Source of the DNA: Candidatus Omnitrophota bacterium
Lineage (GTDB): Bacteria > Omnitrophota > Gorgyraeia > Zapsychrales > Zapsychraceae
Length of the DNA: 64,000 nt
Assembly: GCA_003528115.1 (NCBI GenBank)
Contig: DOGZ01000012.1
Span: 2,095-66,094, forward strand
Reading direction: 5' to 3'
The notes below the pieces were generated by a model. It ran no database searches and was not told the DNA's origin. It worked only from the letters and a program-made list of their open reading frames with translations. Positions 40,177-50,454 of this stretch are shown here, piece by piece. A program made the position numbers and the translations under genes. The stretch's first letter is position 1; the number at the start of each line of letters is the position of its first letter.

Positions 40177-40297
40177 CGATCTTCTGATTCCCTTCCATGA
40201 GATTTGTCATAATTTCCAGTTTTTCCTTCAAATGAAGAATCGTAGTGCGCACGTTGGCCAATTGTCGCTGCTGATCTTCTTCCTCATTGATTTTCAT
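40166..40297 (-). CDS. Possible 43-aa upstream ORF translationally coupled to the giant gene
   Basis: MKINEEEDQQRQLANVRTTILHLKEKLEIMTNLMEGNQKIDEK. Its TAG stop overlaps the giant gene start in the sequence ATGAAAAATAG. Confidence 0.2.
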   Translation of the reverse strand: MKINEEEDQQRQLANVRTTILHLKEKLEIMTNLMEGNQKIDEK

Positions 40298-40550
40298 GAC
40301 TTTTAACTTATCCACATCGGTTTTAAGCGCTGTTGAAAAAATAACGTCTCTTGACCTACGCAGTAGTAAAGAACGCGCATGGGGAGAAAGACAACCAAAA
40401 TGTTTTTTTACTTACGGAAAGCAGTAAGATAAGGATTCGTTTTAACATGAACCGTCTCTCAGGATTAAAATGATCTGTGGGTGATCAAAGAAGAATTAGA
40501 AATTAACTGACTTTCGCGCGAGTAGCACAAAATTAGTCTTGAGAAAGTAA

Positions 40551-41690
40551 TCACTCTTGATATCCATCAACCGGGATATTCCCACTCAAACCAAACGTCT
40601 TCTTAAAATCTTTCGGAATTTCAATCTGTTCCTCATCATCATACTTTTCTTTTATATTAAGAATCTCCGGCAAAAGATCAAAAAAACAATCGACCAAACG
40701 AGGGTCAAAATGAAAGCCGCGACCTTTCTTAATTTCATCCAATGTTTCGACTACCGTCCAGGCATTTTTATACGGCCGCTTGTTCATCAGGGCATCAAAA
40801 ACATCACATAATCCGCAAATCCTTCCCACAAGCGGGATCTCCTCTCCCTGGAGATTATGCGGATATCCCGTCCCGTCCCATTTTTCATGATGCGTTAAAG
40901 CGATTTCCCCCGCCAAATGTAAGAATTTAGAATCGCTCCCGGAGAGTAACTCAGCCCCAATCGTCGTGTGTGTCTTCATGACTTCCCACTCTTCGGGCGA
41001 TAACTTGCCGGGCTTGAGCAAAATGCTATCAGGGATACCAATCTTCCCGATATCATGAAGAGGACTAGCGGCCAAGACCATTTCTAAATCCTCCACACTA
41101 AAACCGACGGCCTTAGCGATACACGCGGAATAATGACTCATCCGGCTCGTATGTAAACCCGTTTCCAAATCGCGAAATTCAACCGCTCGAGACAAACGTT
41201 CAATGACATCGAGCTGAGTGGCGTATAAAGCTTGTGTCCGTTCCTGCACTTTCTGCTCCAGGATTTTATTTTGGTCACGAATTTCATTATGGAGCATCCG
41301 GACCTCTATGAGATTGCTGATACGAAGAAGAACTTCAACCCTGTCGTAGGGTTTATGGAGAAAGTCCTTGGCTCCGGCTTCTAAGGCATTAAAACGGATT
41401 TCCGGGCTTTCTTCGCCGGAAATAACAAGAATGGGGAGGTACCCATCCTCTTCAATAAATTTCAATTGTTCCATTACCTTAAAGCCATCCATGTAGGGCA
41501 TGTTTAAATCCAGCACAAGGAGATCCGGGGCCATACGCTCATAAAGGGCTCTGACTTCGCGGGAATCGGAGATGGAGGTAATATGACGATACCCCCCTTT
41601 GCGGAGAATCTCTTCTAAAAGACGAATACTCATGACCTGATCATCGACAATAAGAATTTTCGCCGATGCAAATCTGCTGTCTAAGCTCAT
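40551..41690 (-). CDS. Response regulator with HD-GYP c-di-GMP phosphodiesterase domain (RpfG-like)
   Basis: The REC domain shows ILIVDDQ...DLLVLDLNMP. The HD-GYP domain shows HDIGK...HHEKWDGTGYP. Confidence 0.85.
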   Translation of the reverse strand: MSLDSRFASAKILIVDDQVMSIRLLEEILRKGGYRHITSISDSREVRALYERMAPDLLVLDLNMPYMDGFKVMEQLKFIEEDGYLPILVISGEESPEIRFNALEAGAKDFLHKPYDRVEVLLRISNLIEVRMLHNEIRDQNKILEQKVQERTQALYATQLDVIERLSRAVEFRDLETGLHTSRMSHYSACIAKAVGFSVEDLEMVLAASPLHDIGKIGIPDSILLKPGKLSPEEWEVMKTHTTIGAELLSGSDSKFLHLAGEIALTHHEKWDGTGYPHNLQGEEIPLVGRICGLCDVFDALMNKRPYKNAWTVVETLDEIKKGRGFHFDPRLVDCFFDLLPEILNIKEKYDDEEQIEIPKDFKKTFGLSGNIPVDGYQE

Positions 41691-41847
41691 AATCTATTTA
41701 TAGTTGGACATTCGAGAAAAATTAAGAGGGTTTTCTAAAATTTTGAATTTAATATAACACAACACCTATCGCCTTTCTATAAACAATTCAAATAATTTTC
41801 TAATAAAATATAGATAATTTCACCTGAAAGGAAGGATCGGCGGTTCA

Positions 41848-42510
41848 TCACGGGGCCTCAGATAAAACAAATTTTACCGGGATGCGAACCCTGGAAGAAA
41901 TTTTTCTGGCTCCAATGTGGGCCGCGGCAAATTCCCACTTTCTGACAACTCTTAACGCAAAGTCATCCAGAATTTTATGTCCAGAACTTTTTTCAACAGA
42001 AACCTCACTGGCGCGCCCATCTTTTTTTACATTGACCTGAAGATAAACCGTTCCCTCCCATCCCAACTTCCTCGCCAATTTCGGATAGACCGGGGGCGGA
42101 TTTATAATGGGCACTGGCTTAGTTACGGAGAGTGCCCCTTGAAAGGATTTACTTGAAACGGTTTTGGAAGAACTTCTTCTTGCAATGGATTGAGCAACTG
42201 AAGCTGTCTTGGTGGTGTTATTTTCCGTGTGCGCATTTTGAAGATAATGGCTGGAGACAACGCTTTTGAATACCTCTTCCCCTTGAACTTTCTGCTGAAA
42301 GTGTTTTGTATTCCCGATCTCTTGTTCCTTTCCCGGGGGATGTTCCGCTTCGACAATCTCAAATTCAATGCTATTGGGGGCTTCCCTGACGGCAAATATC
42401 GGTGCGGGTTGGCTTAAAAAGCCGATCTTAAAGATAAGCAAATGGATGAAAATCGAGAATAAGATAAACCGATAGAACCCGTTTGAACACTCCCTAAAGG
42501 AAGGAGTCAT
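41848..42510 (-). CDS. tonB: TonB-family energy transducer (C-terminal TonB domain)
   Basis: An N-terminal TM helix and a Pro-rich linker (PPPVYP) precede the C-terminal domain, GWEGTVYLQVNVKKDGRASEVSVEKSSGHKILDDFALRVVRKWEF. The start is set at the internal Met to avoid overlap with fur. Confidence 0.7.
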   Translation of the reverse strand: MTPSFRECSNGFYRFILFSIFIHLLIFKIGFLSQPAPIFAVREAPNSIEFEIVEAEHPPGKEQEIGNTKHFQQKVQGEEVFKSVVSSHYLQNAHTENNTTKTASVAQSIARRSSSKTVSSKSFQGALSVTKPVPIINPPPVYPKLARKLGWEGTVYLQVNVKKDGRASEVSVEKSSGHKILDDFALRVVRKWEFAAAHIGARKISSRVRIPVKFVLSEAP

Positions 42511-42962
42511 GGTTTGGGGGACGAAGGACCGCATTTTTTACATAAACCAAAAATTTCCAGCCGATGTTTTTTAGGATGGAAGCCAGAGGCTTCAGATAAT
42601 TTGTGACTCAGTCTTTTTATGTTTTTATCAAAGACTTCAAAATGATATCCGCAATCCGTACAAATAAAATGAGCGTGGTATTCTCGTCCCATCTTTCGCT
42701 CAAACCTCTTGACGCCATCGTCAAAATCCACCTCTTCGGCCAAACCGCTGGAGACAATGAGTTTGAGAGTGCGATAAACCGTTGTAGCTCCGATTTCCGG
42801 ATGTTTCTTTCTGACGATTTGAAAAAGGTCATCAACGCTGACATGCCTAGTAGTCGATAAGAACACCGTGATAATATAATCACGCTTTTGGGAATGTTTG
42901 AGACCTTTCTTGGAAATGTGTCGATCGAATATTTCTAATTCTTTGACGGTATCGTTTGTCAT
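42507..42962 (-). CDS. fur: Fur-family metalloregulator
   Basis: HAHFICTDCG...GLCKKCG is the Fur metal-site pattern. A winged-helix N-terminus is present. Confidence 0.85.
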   Translation of the reverse strand: MTNDTVKELEIFDRHISKKGLKHSQKRDYIITVFLSTTRHVSVDDLFQIVRKKHPEIGATTVYRTLKLIVSSGLAEEVDFDDGVKRFERKMGREYHAHFICTDCGYHFEVFDKNIKRLSHKLSEASGFHPKKHRLEIFGLCKKCGPSSPKP

Positions 42963-43117
42963 GTCGGCTTTAACGGAATCCCGTGGAAGGTGATTTTGGT
43001 GAAATGCTAACAGCCCCTATTCCCTCTGTCAATCCTAAATTCTAGCCCATCTAGGACTTATTCTGTATTTGATACCAAACCCCATTGACATCAATCCCTC
43101 CAGAAAAACATTCTTTC

Positions 43118-44923
43118 TTAAATAAAATATTCGGGATCAAGGGCAATGGCTTTTCTTAATACATCGATAATTTTTGTGACGGCAGTCTGAGTATTCTCCT
43201 TTTGAGACAAAACCAAATCGATCTGATCTATCGGGAAACGATTTTCCCCCACATTCACGACAATAGTTTTATTGGGTTGATTAAGGGATTTAAGCATACC
43301 TAATTCATATTCATCAATATCAGAAATACTTGTGATAAAGACAAGCCCTGCGTCTGTCAAGATATGAGACATATTCCCCAATTGTTGAATATGCTGCATT
43401 TTATTCAAAGTCCGATCATTCGAACTGGCCTCCGTTAATGATAATTCATTTGAAATTCCCAGGAAATAGGTAAATTTCCCCAAACCGAAAATGGACGCCT
43501 CCAATGCCTTGGCGATCTCTTTTTTACCGGTATCCGGATCCCCTATAATGACAATAAGCGCTGATTTATGCTGATACTTCAAGGCACGCTTAAGCGGCGT
43601 GATATCACTTCTGACCCAATTAAAATCCCTGGATTTTACATATTGACTTAAAATGGATTCTTGCTCAAAGACAGGTGACAGAATAATGCCTCCGCCGGCA
43701 ATTTCATAGTTATCAACGATCACAAACCGTCCAGTTTCTGCAATATGATTAATGTCATCAAAAGCAACGGGTTTGAGCGTTTCCAGAATGCACTCCGCCA
43801 CATCATGACGATCAACCTGAGACTTATTACCGATCGAAGATAACTCGGAGGCGTCGAGCACACTAATTATATTCACTAATTCCACAGGCACCTGCTGAGT
43901 GGTAATCTTCAATTTATAATCTTTGCCCTTGATCAACGGTTCTTTGCTCATCCAAAAGATGTTGGCTTTAAATTTAGTCGTGACATGCGGCCCTTGTTCC
44001 CCTTTTTTGCACATAATCTCCCCGGGACGAATGTAAATTTGCGTCTGGAACGTAACACCCGTACTCTGACCCGCATAAGCCTCAGTTGCCTTTTCCACAT
44101 TAAAACCTTCAATCGTTTCAATACGGGAAGTCTTGTACGACGGGAAAAAAACAACCTCTTCTCCCACGCTCACAGTGCCGGATTCAATACGACCGGCCAT
44201 GATTCTTCTTTCATCACCTTCCGCGGTAAATTTATAAATATCCTGGATCGGAAATCTTAATGGCCTGGCGTAATTAGGGGCCGCTTTAGAAAAGTTATCC
44301 AAGGCCTCCATCAAAAAAGCCTCCTGATACCAAGGCATTTGAGGTGAAATCGAAATGATATTGTCCCCCTCCCGAGCGGCGATAGGGATAAAACTTTTTG
44401 GCTTGATGTTGATCTCTTCTAAAAAAGCCGAATATTCAGATTTGATATTTTCAAAAACCTCCTGGCTATAATCAACCATATCCATCTTGTTCACACAGAC
44501 CATGAAATTCTTTATCCCTAAAAAAGACATCATGTACCCATGCCGCTTGGAGTTTTCCCGTATCCCTTCTTTGGCATCTATGACAAGAACCGCCGCCTCA
44601 GCACGGGCAGCACCGCTGATCATATTTTTTAAGAATTCAATATGCCCCGGGGCATCGATAATAATATAGTCGCGTTTCTTCGATTTAAAAAAACACCGCG
44701 CTGTATCAATGGTGATCCCTTGGGACTGTTCATCTTTTAAGGCGTCCAGTAAAAAGGCGTATTCAAAAGGCTTGGCGTTTCGAAGGCAATTAGCTTTCAC
44801 AGCCTCCAGTTTCCCTTCCGGCAAGGAACCCGTGTCGGCCAACAACCGACCCACTAAAGTACTTTTTCCGTGGTCCACATGACCGACAATAACGACATTC
44901 ATCTGTTCTCTAAGTAGGCTCAT
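43118..44923 (-). CDS. cysN: Sulfate adenylyltransferase large subunit CysN fused to an APS-kinase-like domain with a degenerate P-loop
   Basis: The GTPase shows [16 protein letters not shown] and NKMD. The C-terminal roughly 170 aa resemble CysC, but the P-loop reads IGDPDTGKK rather than GLSGSGKST. Confidence 0.85.
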   Translation of the reverse strand: MSLLREQMNVVIVGHVDHGKSTLVGRLLADTGSLPEGKLEAVKANCLRNAKPFEYAFLLDALKDEQSQGITIDTARCFFKSKKRDYIIIDAPGHIEFLKNMISGAARAEAAVLVIDAKEGIRENSKRHGYMMSFLGIKNFMVCVNKMDMVDYSQEVFENIKSEYSAFLEEINIKPKSFIPIAAREGDNIISISPQMPWYQEAFLMEALDNFSKAAPNYARPLRFPIQDIYKFTAEGDERRIMAGRIESGTVSVGEEVVFFPSYKTSRIETIEGFNVEKATEAYAGQSTGVTFQTQIYIRPGEIMCKKGEQGPHVTTKFKANIFWMSKEPLIKGKDYKLKITTQQVPVELVNIISVLDASELSSIGNKSQVDRHDVAECILETLKPVAFDDINHIAETGRFVIVDNYEIAGGGIILSPVFEQESILSQYVKSRDFNWVRSDITPLKRALKYQHKSALIVIIGDPDTGKKEIAKALEASIFGLGKFTYFLGISNELSLTEASSNDRTLNKMQHIQQLGNMSHILTDAGLVFITSISDIDEYELGMLKSLNQPNKTIVVNVGENRFPIDQIDLVLSQKENTQTAVTKIIDVLRKAIALDPEYFI

Positions 44924-44974
44924 CTCTAACTTCCTTAAACTTTTTCAATAATGATTATTGAAGTGATGGTCTCA

Positions 44975-45868
44975 TTACATATATCCGGTTCGTCTCAAGG
45001 TCTCAAGCCCACCGCCATCTTCTTTATCCTGAGCGCGGCCCGAGCGTTCAGCGATATTGGCAAACTTGCCTGTCCTTAATTCTTCAACGATATCGTGGAC
45101 ATTTTTGGCCGTGGACTCAACGGGGAATGTGCATGGATAGCAGCCGAGCGACCGATAACGCTTGCCGTTTCCCTGATCGAAATAGAGTTTTGTGATAGGA
45201 ATATTTTCACGTTCAATGTATTCCCAAATATTCAATTCTGTCCAGTCCAAAAGCGGATGGATCCTTAGATGTGTGCCGAGGGCAAAATCCGTTTTAAATT
45301 GATTCCAGAGTTCCGGCGGCTGATCCCCGACGTCCCAATCATTATTTCTATCCCGGGGAGAAAAATATCTTTCCTTGGAACGGCTGCCTTCCTCATCCGC
45401 TCTCACACCCACAATCACGCCGGTATAAGGCTCTTTATTCTGATCAACCTCATATTCCCCTGTCCTGTGATTCAACCGGTAGCGCGGCCAATCGCCGGCG
45501 AGCGTGTGTTTCAACGCCTCGGACTTTAATAATTTGCAGCATTGCAGCCGATCAATGGCCCCCTCTGGAAAAGTCCTTTTGGCCGTAAGGGCATCTTTAT
45601 TCTGACCAAACACCATATTCAATCTCCACTCCCTCGCCAACCTGTCCCGGTACTCAATCATCTCAGGAATTTTATAACTTGTATCGATATGAACGAGAGG
45701 TAACGGGACATGACTGAAAAAAGCCTTTCTCGCCAGCCATAACAAAACGGTGCTATCCTTGCCGATAGACCAAAGCATCGCCAGACTCTTGAACTCCCGA
45801 TAAGCCTCTCGCAAAATATATATGCTCTGCGACTCCAACACATCCAATTTGGACATGACTTTGTTCAT
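44975..45868 (-). CDS. cysD: Sulfate adenylyltransferase small subunit
   Basis: PAPS-reductase-fold ATP-PPase with [12 protein letters not shown]. The start is taken at MNKVMSKLD, so the gene abuts cysH. Confidence 0.85.
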   Translation of the reverse strand: MNKVMSKLDVLESQSIYILREAYREFKSLAMLWSIGKDSTVLLWLARKAFFSHVPLPLVHIDTSYKIPEMIEYRDRLAREWRLNMVFGQNKDALTAKRTFPEGAIDRLQCCKLLKSEALKHTLAGDWPRYRLNHRTGEYEVDQNKEPYTGVIVGVRADEEGSRSKERYFSPRDRNNDWDVGDQPPELWNQFKTDFALGTHLRIHPLLDWTELNIWEYIERENIPITKLYFDQGNGKRYRSLGCYPCTFPVESTAKNVHDIVEELRTGKFANIAERSGRAQDKEDGGGLETLRRTGYM

Positions 45869-45881
45869 ACGCCTACGCCTC

Positions 45882-46607
45882 CTATGGCTTGGGCCGATTG
45901 GGGTTATCGTGCAATCCACATTCCTTTTGTTCAGGAGCTTCCCACCACCATCGACCCGCCCGGATGTCCTCCCCTTTCTTAATTGCCCGTGTACAACCCG
46001 CGCAACCTATACTGACAAATCCTTTTCTGTGAAGAGGATTAACATCAACATGGTTCTCTTGAATATACCTTTGAAGATCCTCCAGCGACCAGGACGCCAA
46101 CGGATTAATTTTTATTTTTTGATTGGCAACGTCCCACTCAAACGTTTCAACCGCGCTTCGCGTGGCCGCTTGGGAACGGCGCAACCCGCATATCCACGCA
46201 TCCGCGGACTTCAAAGCCCTTTGGAGCGGTTCAACCTTTCGAATCCCGCAGCATCGTTTTCTATTGTCCACACTCTCATAAAACAAATTAATCCCGTAAC
46301 TCTGCACCATCTCTTCAACCGCTTCCGTTTCAGGATAGTAAATCTTGAATGTCATAGGATAGCGTTTCTGTGTCCTGGCTAATAACTCATAAGTCTCTTG
46401 AAACAACCGTCCGGTATCCAGCGTAAAGATTTCAATGGCAGGGGCTATCTTGGAGATCATATCCGTAATCACCTGATCCTCCTCCCCCAAACTCGTGGCA
46501 AAAACCAACCTGTCGCCAAACTCTCCATAAGCGCATTGGATGATCTCTTGAGCCGTAGAGTTTTTAGTCTTTTCCAATAATTCTTTAATCTTATTTTGAT
46601 AGGTCAT
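45882..46607 (-). CDS. cysH: Adenylyl-sulfate / phosphoadenylyl-sulfate reductase, APS-reductase type with a Cys cluster
   Basis: The [10 protein letters not shown] and CAGC Cys pairs mark the [4Fe-4S] APS reductases. The C-terminal ECGLH is the catalytic Cys motif. Confidence 0.85.
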   Translation of the reverse strand: MTYQNKIKELLEKTKNSTAQEIIQCAYGEFGDRLVFATSLGEEDQVITDMISKIAPAIEIFTLDTGRLFQETYELLARTQKRYPMTFKIYYPETEAVEEMVQSYGINLFYESVDNRKRCCGIRKVEPLQRALKSADAWICGLRRSQAATRSAVETFEWDVANQKIKINPLASWSLEDLQRYIQENHVDVNPLHRKGFVSIGCAGCTRAIKKGEDIRAGRWWWEAPEQKECGLHDNPNRPKP

Positions 46608-46690
46608 ATCTTTGTCTCACTTTACTCGCTTCCAGAATTACGTTATCATATCTCTCAAAATATTCACAAGAAAAATTTTTGACGGTGCTG

Positions 46691-47815
46691 TCACCTACAG
46701 GACTTACTTATGCCGCCAGGACTCAACCCGATTCTTTCGACAGAATTTTCACTTTCCAATCTGGCCACAAGTTTGGCATTACCGGAGGGCATGGGATAAT
46801 TGCTCAATTCCTTCAAAGTCACCCATTGGTGGGTTTGATCCCCAGAAGGATAAGATTTCAGTTTGCACCTAAAGACATAAAGATGCACCCGAAAACTGGT
46901 ATAGAAATGACGCAAATTCATAATATGCTCGGCTTTTTCCAGCTCACACCCTAACTCCTCTTTAATCTCTCGTCTTATTGCCTGCAGAGCGGTTTCTCCT
47001 TCCCCTAATTTTCCGCCGGGGAATTCCCATAAATCAGCCAGAAGACCGTGCGAGGGCCGTTTTTGAATAAAATAGTGTCCATTCCTTTCTAGAATCCCTA
47101 TAGCCGCGGCGATGTCTTGAATATTTCTCTTCTTCGGAGTCGGAATGATCTCTTGAACCCCTTTCCTATACGCCGCACAGTTTTGTTTGACGGGACAAAG
47201 TAAACATAAGGGTTGACGATTCCGGCAGATTAAAGCGCCTAATTCCATTAACCCCTGATTAAAAATCCCTATATCCCTGTGAGGCATCGTTTGATGTAAG
47301 AATTCCAGAATCCGCTTGTCTTGTGTTGTATCCGCGCATCCCTTAATCGCCAAGACACGCATGATCACCCGCCGGACATTGGCATCGATAATCGGATACC
47401 GCTTGTTAAAGGCAATACTTAAAACGGCCCCGGTTGTATACGGCCCAAACCCGGGAAGTCTTCTTAAAGACTCCGCTTCTTCGGGCAATTGACCGGCATA
47501 CCCATCACAAACTATTTTCGCAGATTTGTGGATGTTCTTCGCCCGTTGATAATATCCTAACCCCTGCCAAAGTTTTAAAATCTTTTGAAGAGGCGCTTGC
47601 GACACATCCGCAATGGAAGGGAACTCCCTCACCCATCGTTCATAATAGGGGATCACTGCGTTGACCGTGGTCTGTTGCAACATAACCTCCGATATCCAGA
47701 TCTTATACGGGTCCTTCGTCTTTCTCCAGGGAAGTGACCGGGCATTTTTCTTATACCATGAAATAAGAGATTGACTGAAGGTTGATTTAATCTTCATAGA
47801 AAAAAAGAGGGACAC
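46691..47815 (-). CDS. mutY: A/G-specific adenine DNA glycosylase MutY with a C-terminal NUDIX-like domain
   Basis: HhH-GPD shows LPGFGPYTTGAV. The 4Fe-4S loop reads CRNRQPLCLLCPVKQNC. The C-terminus is MutT-like. The true start may be the internal Met MKIKSTF. Confidence 0.85.
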   Translation of the reverse strand: MSLFFSMKIKSTFSQSLISWYKKNARSLPWRKTKDPYKIWISEVMLQQTTVNAVIPYYERWVREFPSIADVSQAPLQKILKLWQGLGYYQRAKNIHKSAKIVCDGYAGQLPEEAESLRRLPGFGPYTTGAVLSIAFNKRYPIIDANVRRVIMRVLAIKGCADTTQDKRILEFLHQTMPHRDIGIFNQGLMELGALICRNRQPLCLLCPVKQNCAAYRKGVQEIIPTPKKRNIQDIAAAIGILERNGHYFIQKRPSHGLLADLWEFPGGKLGEGETALQAIRREIKEELGCELEKAEHIMNLRHFYTSFRVHLYVFRCKLKSYPSGDQTHQWVTLKELSNYPMPSGNAKLVARLESENSVERIGLSPGGISKSCR

Positions 47816-47824
47816 CAGAATAAT

Positions 47825-48199
47825 TTAGGGCACGTTAGTCAGGCCTTCGCTTATTGTCTGAAGAAAAAGCTCACCGATTTTAGGATGTTGGCCAATAGGT
47901 TGACTCAGAGTGAATTTAAGACCAGGGTAACGTTGATGAGCGGTATTAACAATACGGGGGACATCTTCATCCACATGCTTTCCGGAATTTAAGAAATTCA
48001 AAAGCACAAAAATCTCCGTAGCCCCTTTATGAACGCACGTATCAATAGCCTCAGGGATACTCGGTCTTTGCTGTTCCAAAAATCCATATTCAAAGAGAGC
48101 CACCCCGCTTTTGTTCTTCAATTGGCCGATGAGGTTTTGAACCTCCTCACTACTCTTAAAGGATCGACTGCCATGCGATATAAAAAGAACAGCCTTCAT
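47825..48199 (-). CDS. Small CbiX/SirB-type sirohydrochlorin chelatase
   Basis: 124-aa protein with AVLFISHGSR and a conserved His. It resembles the short CbiX(S) form and could plausibly supply siroheme to CysI. Confidence 0.6.
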   Translation of the reverse strand: MKAVLFISHGSRSFKSSEEVQNLIGQLKNKSGVALFEYGFLEQQRPSIPEAIDTCVHKGATEIFVLLNFLNSGKHVDEDVPRIVNTAHQRYPGLKFTLSQPIGQHPKIGELFLQTISEGLTNVP

Positions 48200-48256
48200 T
48201 TTTACTTTTCATCTCTGGAAAAATTATTTAACTTTCGTAAGAAAAAAGATATCACG

Positions 48257-49126
48257 TCAAATCCTGATCATTCTTAACGGATGGGGAGATAAAGAAATTT
48301 TCAATTTGGACCCAAAAGGAAATGGAAAATGATAATGGGCCCCATCAACACACAGCATTCCTTCCCGCATCAAAGAAACGACAGAAATTTTTTGATTCCC
48401 GGATAGAAGGCCACCGGTCAATTGATATTTACGACCCAACATAACATACAACTCTCTGGGCCAATATTGCATTTTCTTTAAGCCGGGATTGATGACTTTT
48501 CCGCCGGCGGATTGGATCGCCCCGGAACTGCCTAAGGCGGTTGATATCCAAAGGCCCGAGTTTCGCTGTTCTTCTTGCCTACCGCCAATCTCTAAACGGT
48601 AGCGGCTCATGGCCGCCGGGTGATGATGACAGATCAAAATATCATTGGTCACTTCAATTGATTCTTTTCGTCCGCTCATCCACACCCGTAACCGCGGCAC
48701 AAGGCTAACCTTGATCTTTCTTTGCAACAGCAACTTAAGGATTCTTTCAAAATTAGAAGGATTGGCCGAGCATAACCTGCCCATGCTGAAATTCGGGGAA
48801 GAATTGACTCCGAGAATGATCTGCTTTTGAACATTTCTGGCCGCTTCAAGAAAAGTCCCATCACCGCCAACGGCAATAATAAAATCAAATTTATTATAAT
48901 TTATATTCTCGCCCCTGGATGTCTTCTCGTATCGGACGCGATATTTCTTCAAGACATCCTCTATCAAACCCAACGTCTGATAATGTTCTTCATGCGCCTT
49001 TTTAAACCTCTCGATTTCATTCCGGATCAAATGGCGTTTGACATCTGCAAAGGCCTTTTTGCGTTCAAGAAAATAGATGGTATAAGCACTTTTTTTATAA
49101 AGAAGAAGAATGTTTTTTAACGGCAT
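48257..49126 (-). CDS. nadK: NAD+ kinase
   Basis: FDFIIAVGGDGTFL is the GGDG motif. Confidence 0.85.
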   Translation of the reverse strand: MPLKNILLLYKKSAYTIYFLERKKAFADVKRHLIRNEIERFKKAHEEHYQTLGLIEDVLKKYRVRYEKTSRGENINYNKFDFIIAVGGDGTFLEAARNVQKQIILGVNSSPNFSMGRLCSANPSNFERILKLLLQRKIKVSLVPRLRVWMSGRKESIEVTNDILICHHHPAAMSRYRLEIGGRQEEQRNSGLWISTALGSSGAIQSAGGKVINPGLKKMQYWPRELYVMLGRKYQLTGGLLSGNQKISVVSLMREGMLCVDGAHYHFPFPFGSKLKISLSPHPLRMIRI

Positions 49127-49155
49127 CGTGCTATCCCAAAAAGAAGGTTCTCTGT

Positions 49156-49824
49156 TTAAAGGCTTAAATAAAAACTGACTTTATCCTTGAGTTCTTTGAT
49201 TGAGGAAAAAACAGCATCGGCCTCTTGAAGATACTCTCTGGGCAGCGATGTCTCGATCGCAAAACATTTTAACCCCGCCCTTTTCGCTGATTGTATTCCG
49301 AATGGCGCGTTCTCGATGACAACACCCAGAGACGGCTTTATACCTAATTGCTTAATGGATTTTAAATAGGGTTCTGGATGCGGCTTGCCGTTACAGACAT
49401 CATTTCCCGTAATGATAACGGAAAAAGCGCTATAAAGAGACTCGGGCAATATTTGATATAACTCATGCCGGGATGTCCCTGTCACGAGGGCCAGTTCAAA
49501 TTTGCTCTTACGCAACATCTTGACGAAACTTCGGGCTCCGGCCACAAACCGTGTCTTAACGATCTTTTTAAAAAGATCCTCCTTTTCCCGTAAAATTTCA
49601 TCTGCCTTTTTCTTATTCAACACGCGCCCATATCTATGGAAAATTTGCGTTACGCTTTCAATGCCGGGCTGCCCTTCCCTTAAATAAATATCATGATATG
49701 TCACCTGAATACCCTGCCGCTGAAGAATTGTCTTCCAGGCAAAATAATGGTCCGGCATCGTGTTGGTTATCACACCGTCCATATCAAACAATATCGATGA
49801 AACCTCTAGTTCATGTTCAACCAT
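49156..49824 (-). CDS. HAD-superfamily hydrolase (subfamily IA, beta-PGM-like)
   Basis: ILFDMDGVITNT is HAD motif I. Confidence 0.75.
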   Translation of the reverse strand: MVEHELEVSSILFDMDGVITNTMPDHYFAWKTILQRQGIQVTYHDIYLREGQPGIESVTQIFHRYGRVLNKKKADEILREKEDLFKKIVKTRFVAGARSFVKMLRKSKFELALVTGTSRHELYQILPESLYSAFSVIITGNDVCNGKPHPEPYLKSIKQLGIKPSLGVVIENAPFGIQSAKRAGLKCFAIETSLPREYLQEADAVFSSIKELKDKVSFYLSL

Positions 49825-49960
49825 ACCATTCCTTTAAAATCACTTTGATTCATAATTCCACCGCGGCCGTCAAACAAATCGTGACTTAAGCGAAAATATT
49901 TTTGAAGCCGTATTATACTTTACCTCCCGCCTCTATTCAATATTAGTTTCCAATCAATAA

Positions 49961-49997
49961 CAATCAAAAAACAGGGCCTGACGATTGATCAGGCCCT
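49961..49997 (-). terminator. Rho-independent terminator after amtB-glnK
   Basis: On the minus strand the sequence is agggcctga-tcaatcg-tcaggccct, a 9-bp perfect stem, followed by GTTTTTTGATTG. It lies 28 nt past the glnK stop. Confidence 0.7.
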
Positions 49998-50024
49998 TGA
50001 ACAAACATAAGAAATGCCCTTCTC

Positions 50025-50366
50025 CTAAATAGCCTTACCGCCCCTTTCCCCTGTGCGAATACGAATACATTCCTCAAGATTGGTAATAAATATCTTACCA
50101 TCGCCAACTTTGCCATCGTTGTGCTTAGCCGTTTTGAGAATCGTCTCGCAAATGATATCGACAAAGGCGTCATTACACGCGATATCCACACGCACTTTGG
50201 GTATCAGATCCAAAGCGACTTCCTGCCCACGGTAAATATCCTCTTCGATGCTTTGCCCCCGTCCTGTAACCCGGCTGACCGTAATCCTCGTGATTTCCTG
50301 TTTAACAAGGGCTTCACGAACTTCATCTAATTTATCTGGTTGGATAATAGCAGTTATTAGTTTCAT
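50025..50366 (-). CDS. glnK: Nitrogen regulatory protein P-II (GlnK)
   Basis: MKLITAIIQPDKLDEVREAL...RVTGRGQ (T-loop)...DGKIFI. It lies immediately downstream of amtB. Confidence 0.9.
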   Translation of the reverse strand: MKLITAIIQPDKLDEVREALVKQEITRITVSRVTGRGQSIEEDIYRGQEVALDLIPKVRVDIACNDAFVDIICETILKTAKHNDGKVGDGKIFITNLEECIRIRTGERGGKAI

Positions 50367-50454
50367 CGGCATCTCCTCTTTTCAAAACCAATATAAAACT
50401 GGGTCTCTTATCACTTCTTTCGTTGGGATGAAGGATCGCAACCTCTCTGCCACA

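Noticed and set aside
41691-41847. Fur box search in the AT-rich tonB/fur upstream region
   Set aside because: Only weak partial matches, such as tagataatttcac, to the GATAATGATAATCATTATC consensus. That is not convincing without a position weight matrix scan.
46691-47815. MutY–NUDIX fusion as a novelty
   Set aside because: A MutT/NUDIX-like C-terminal domain is the normal architecture of bacterial MutY.
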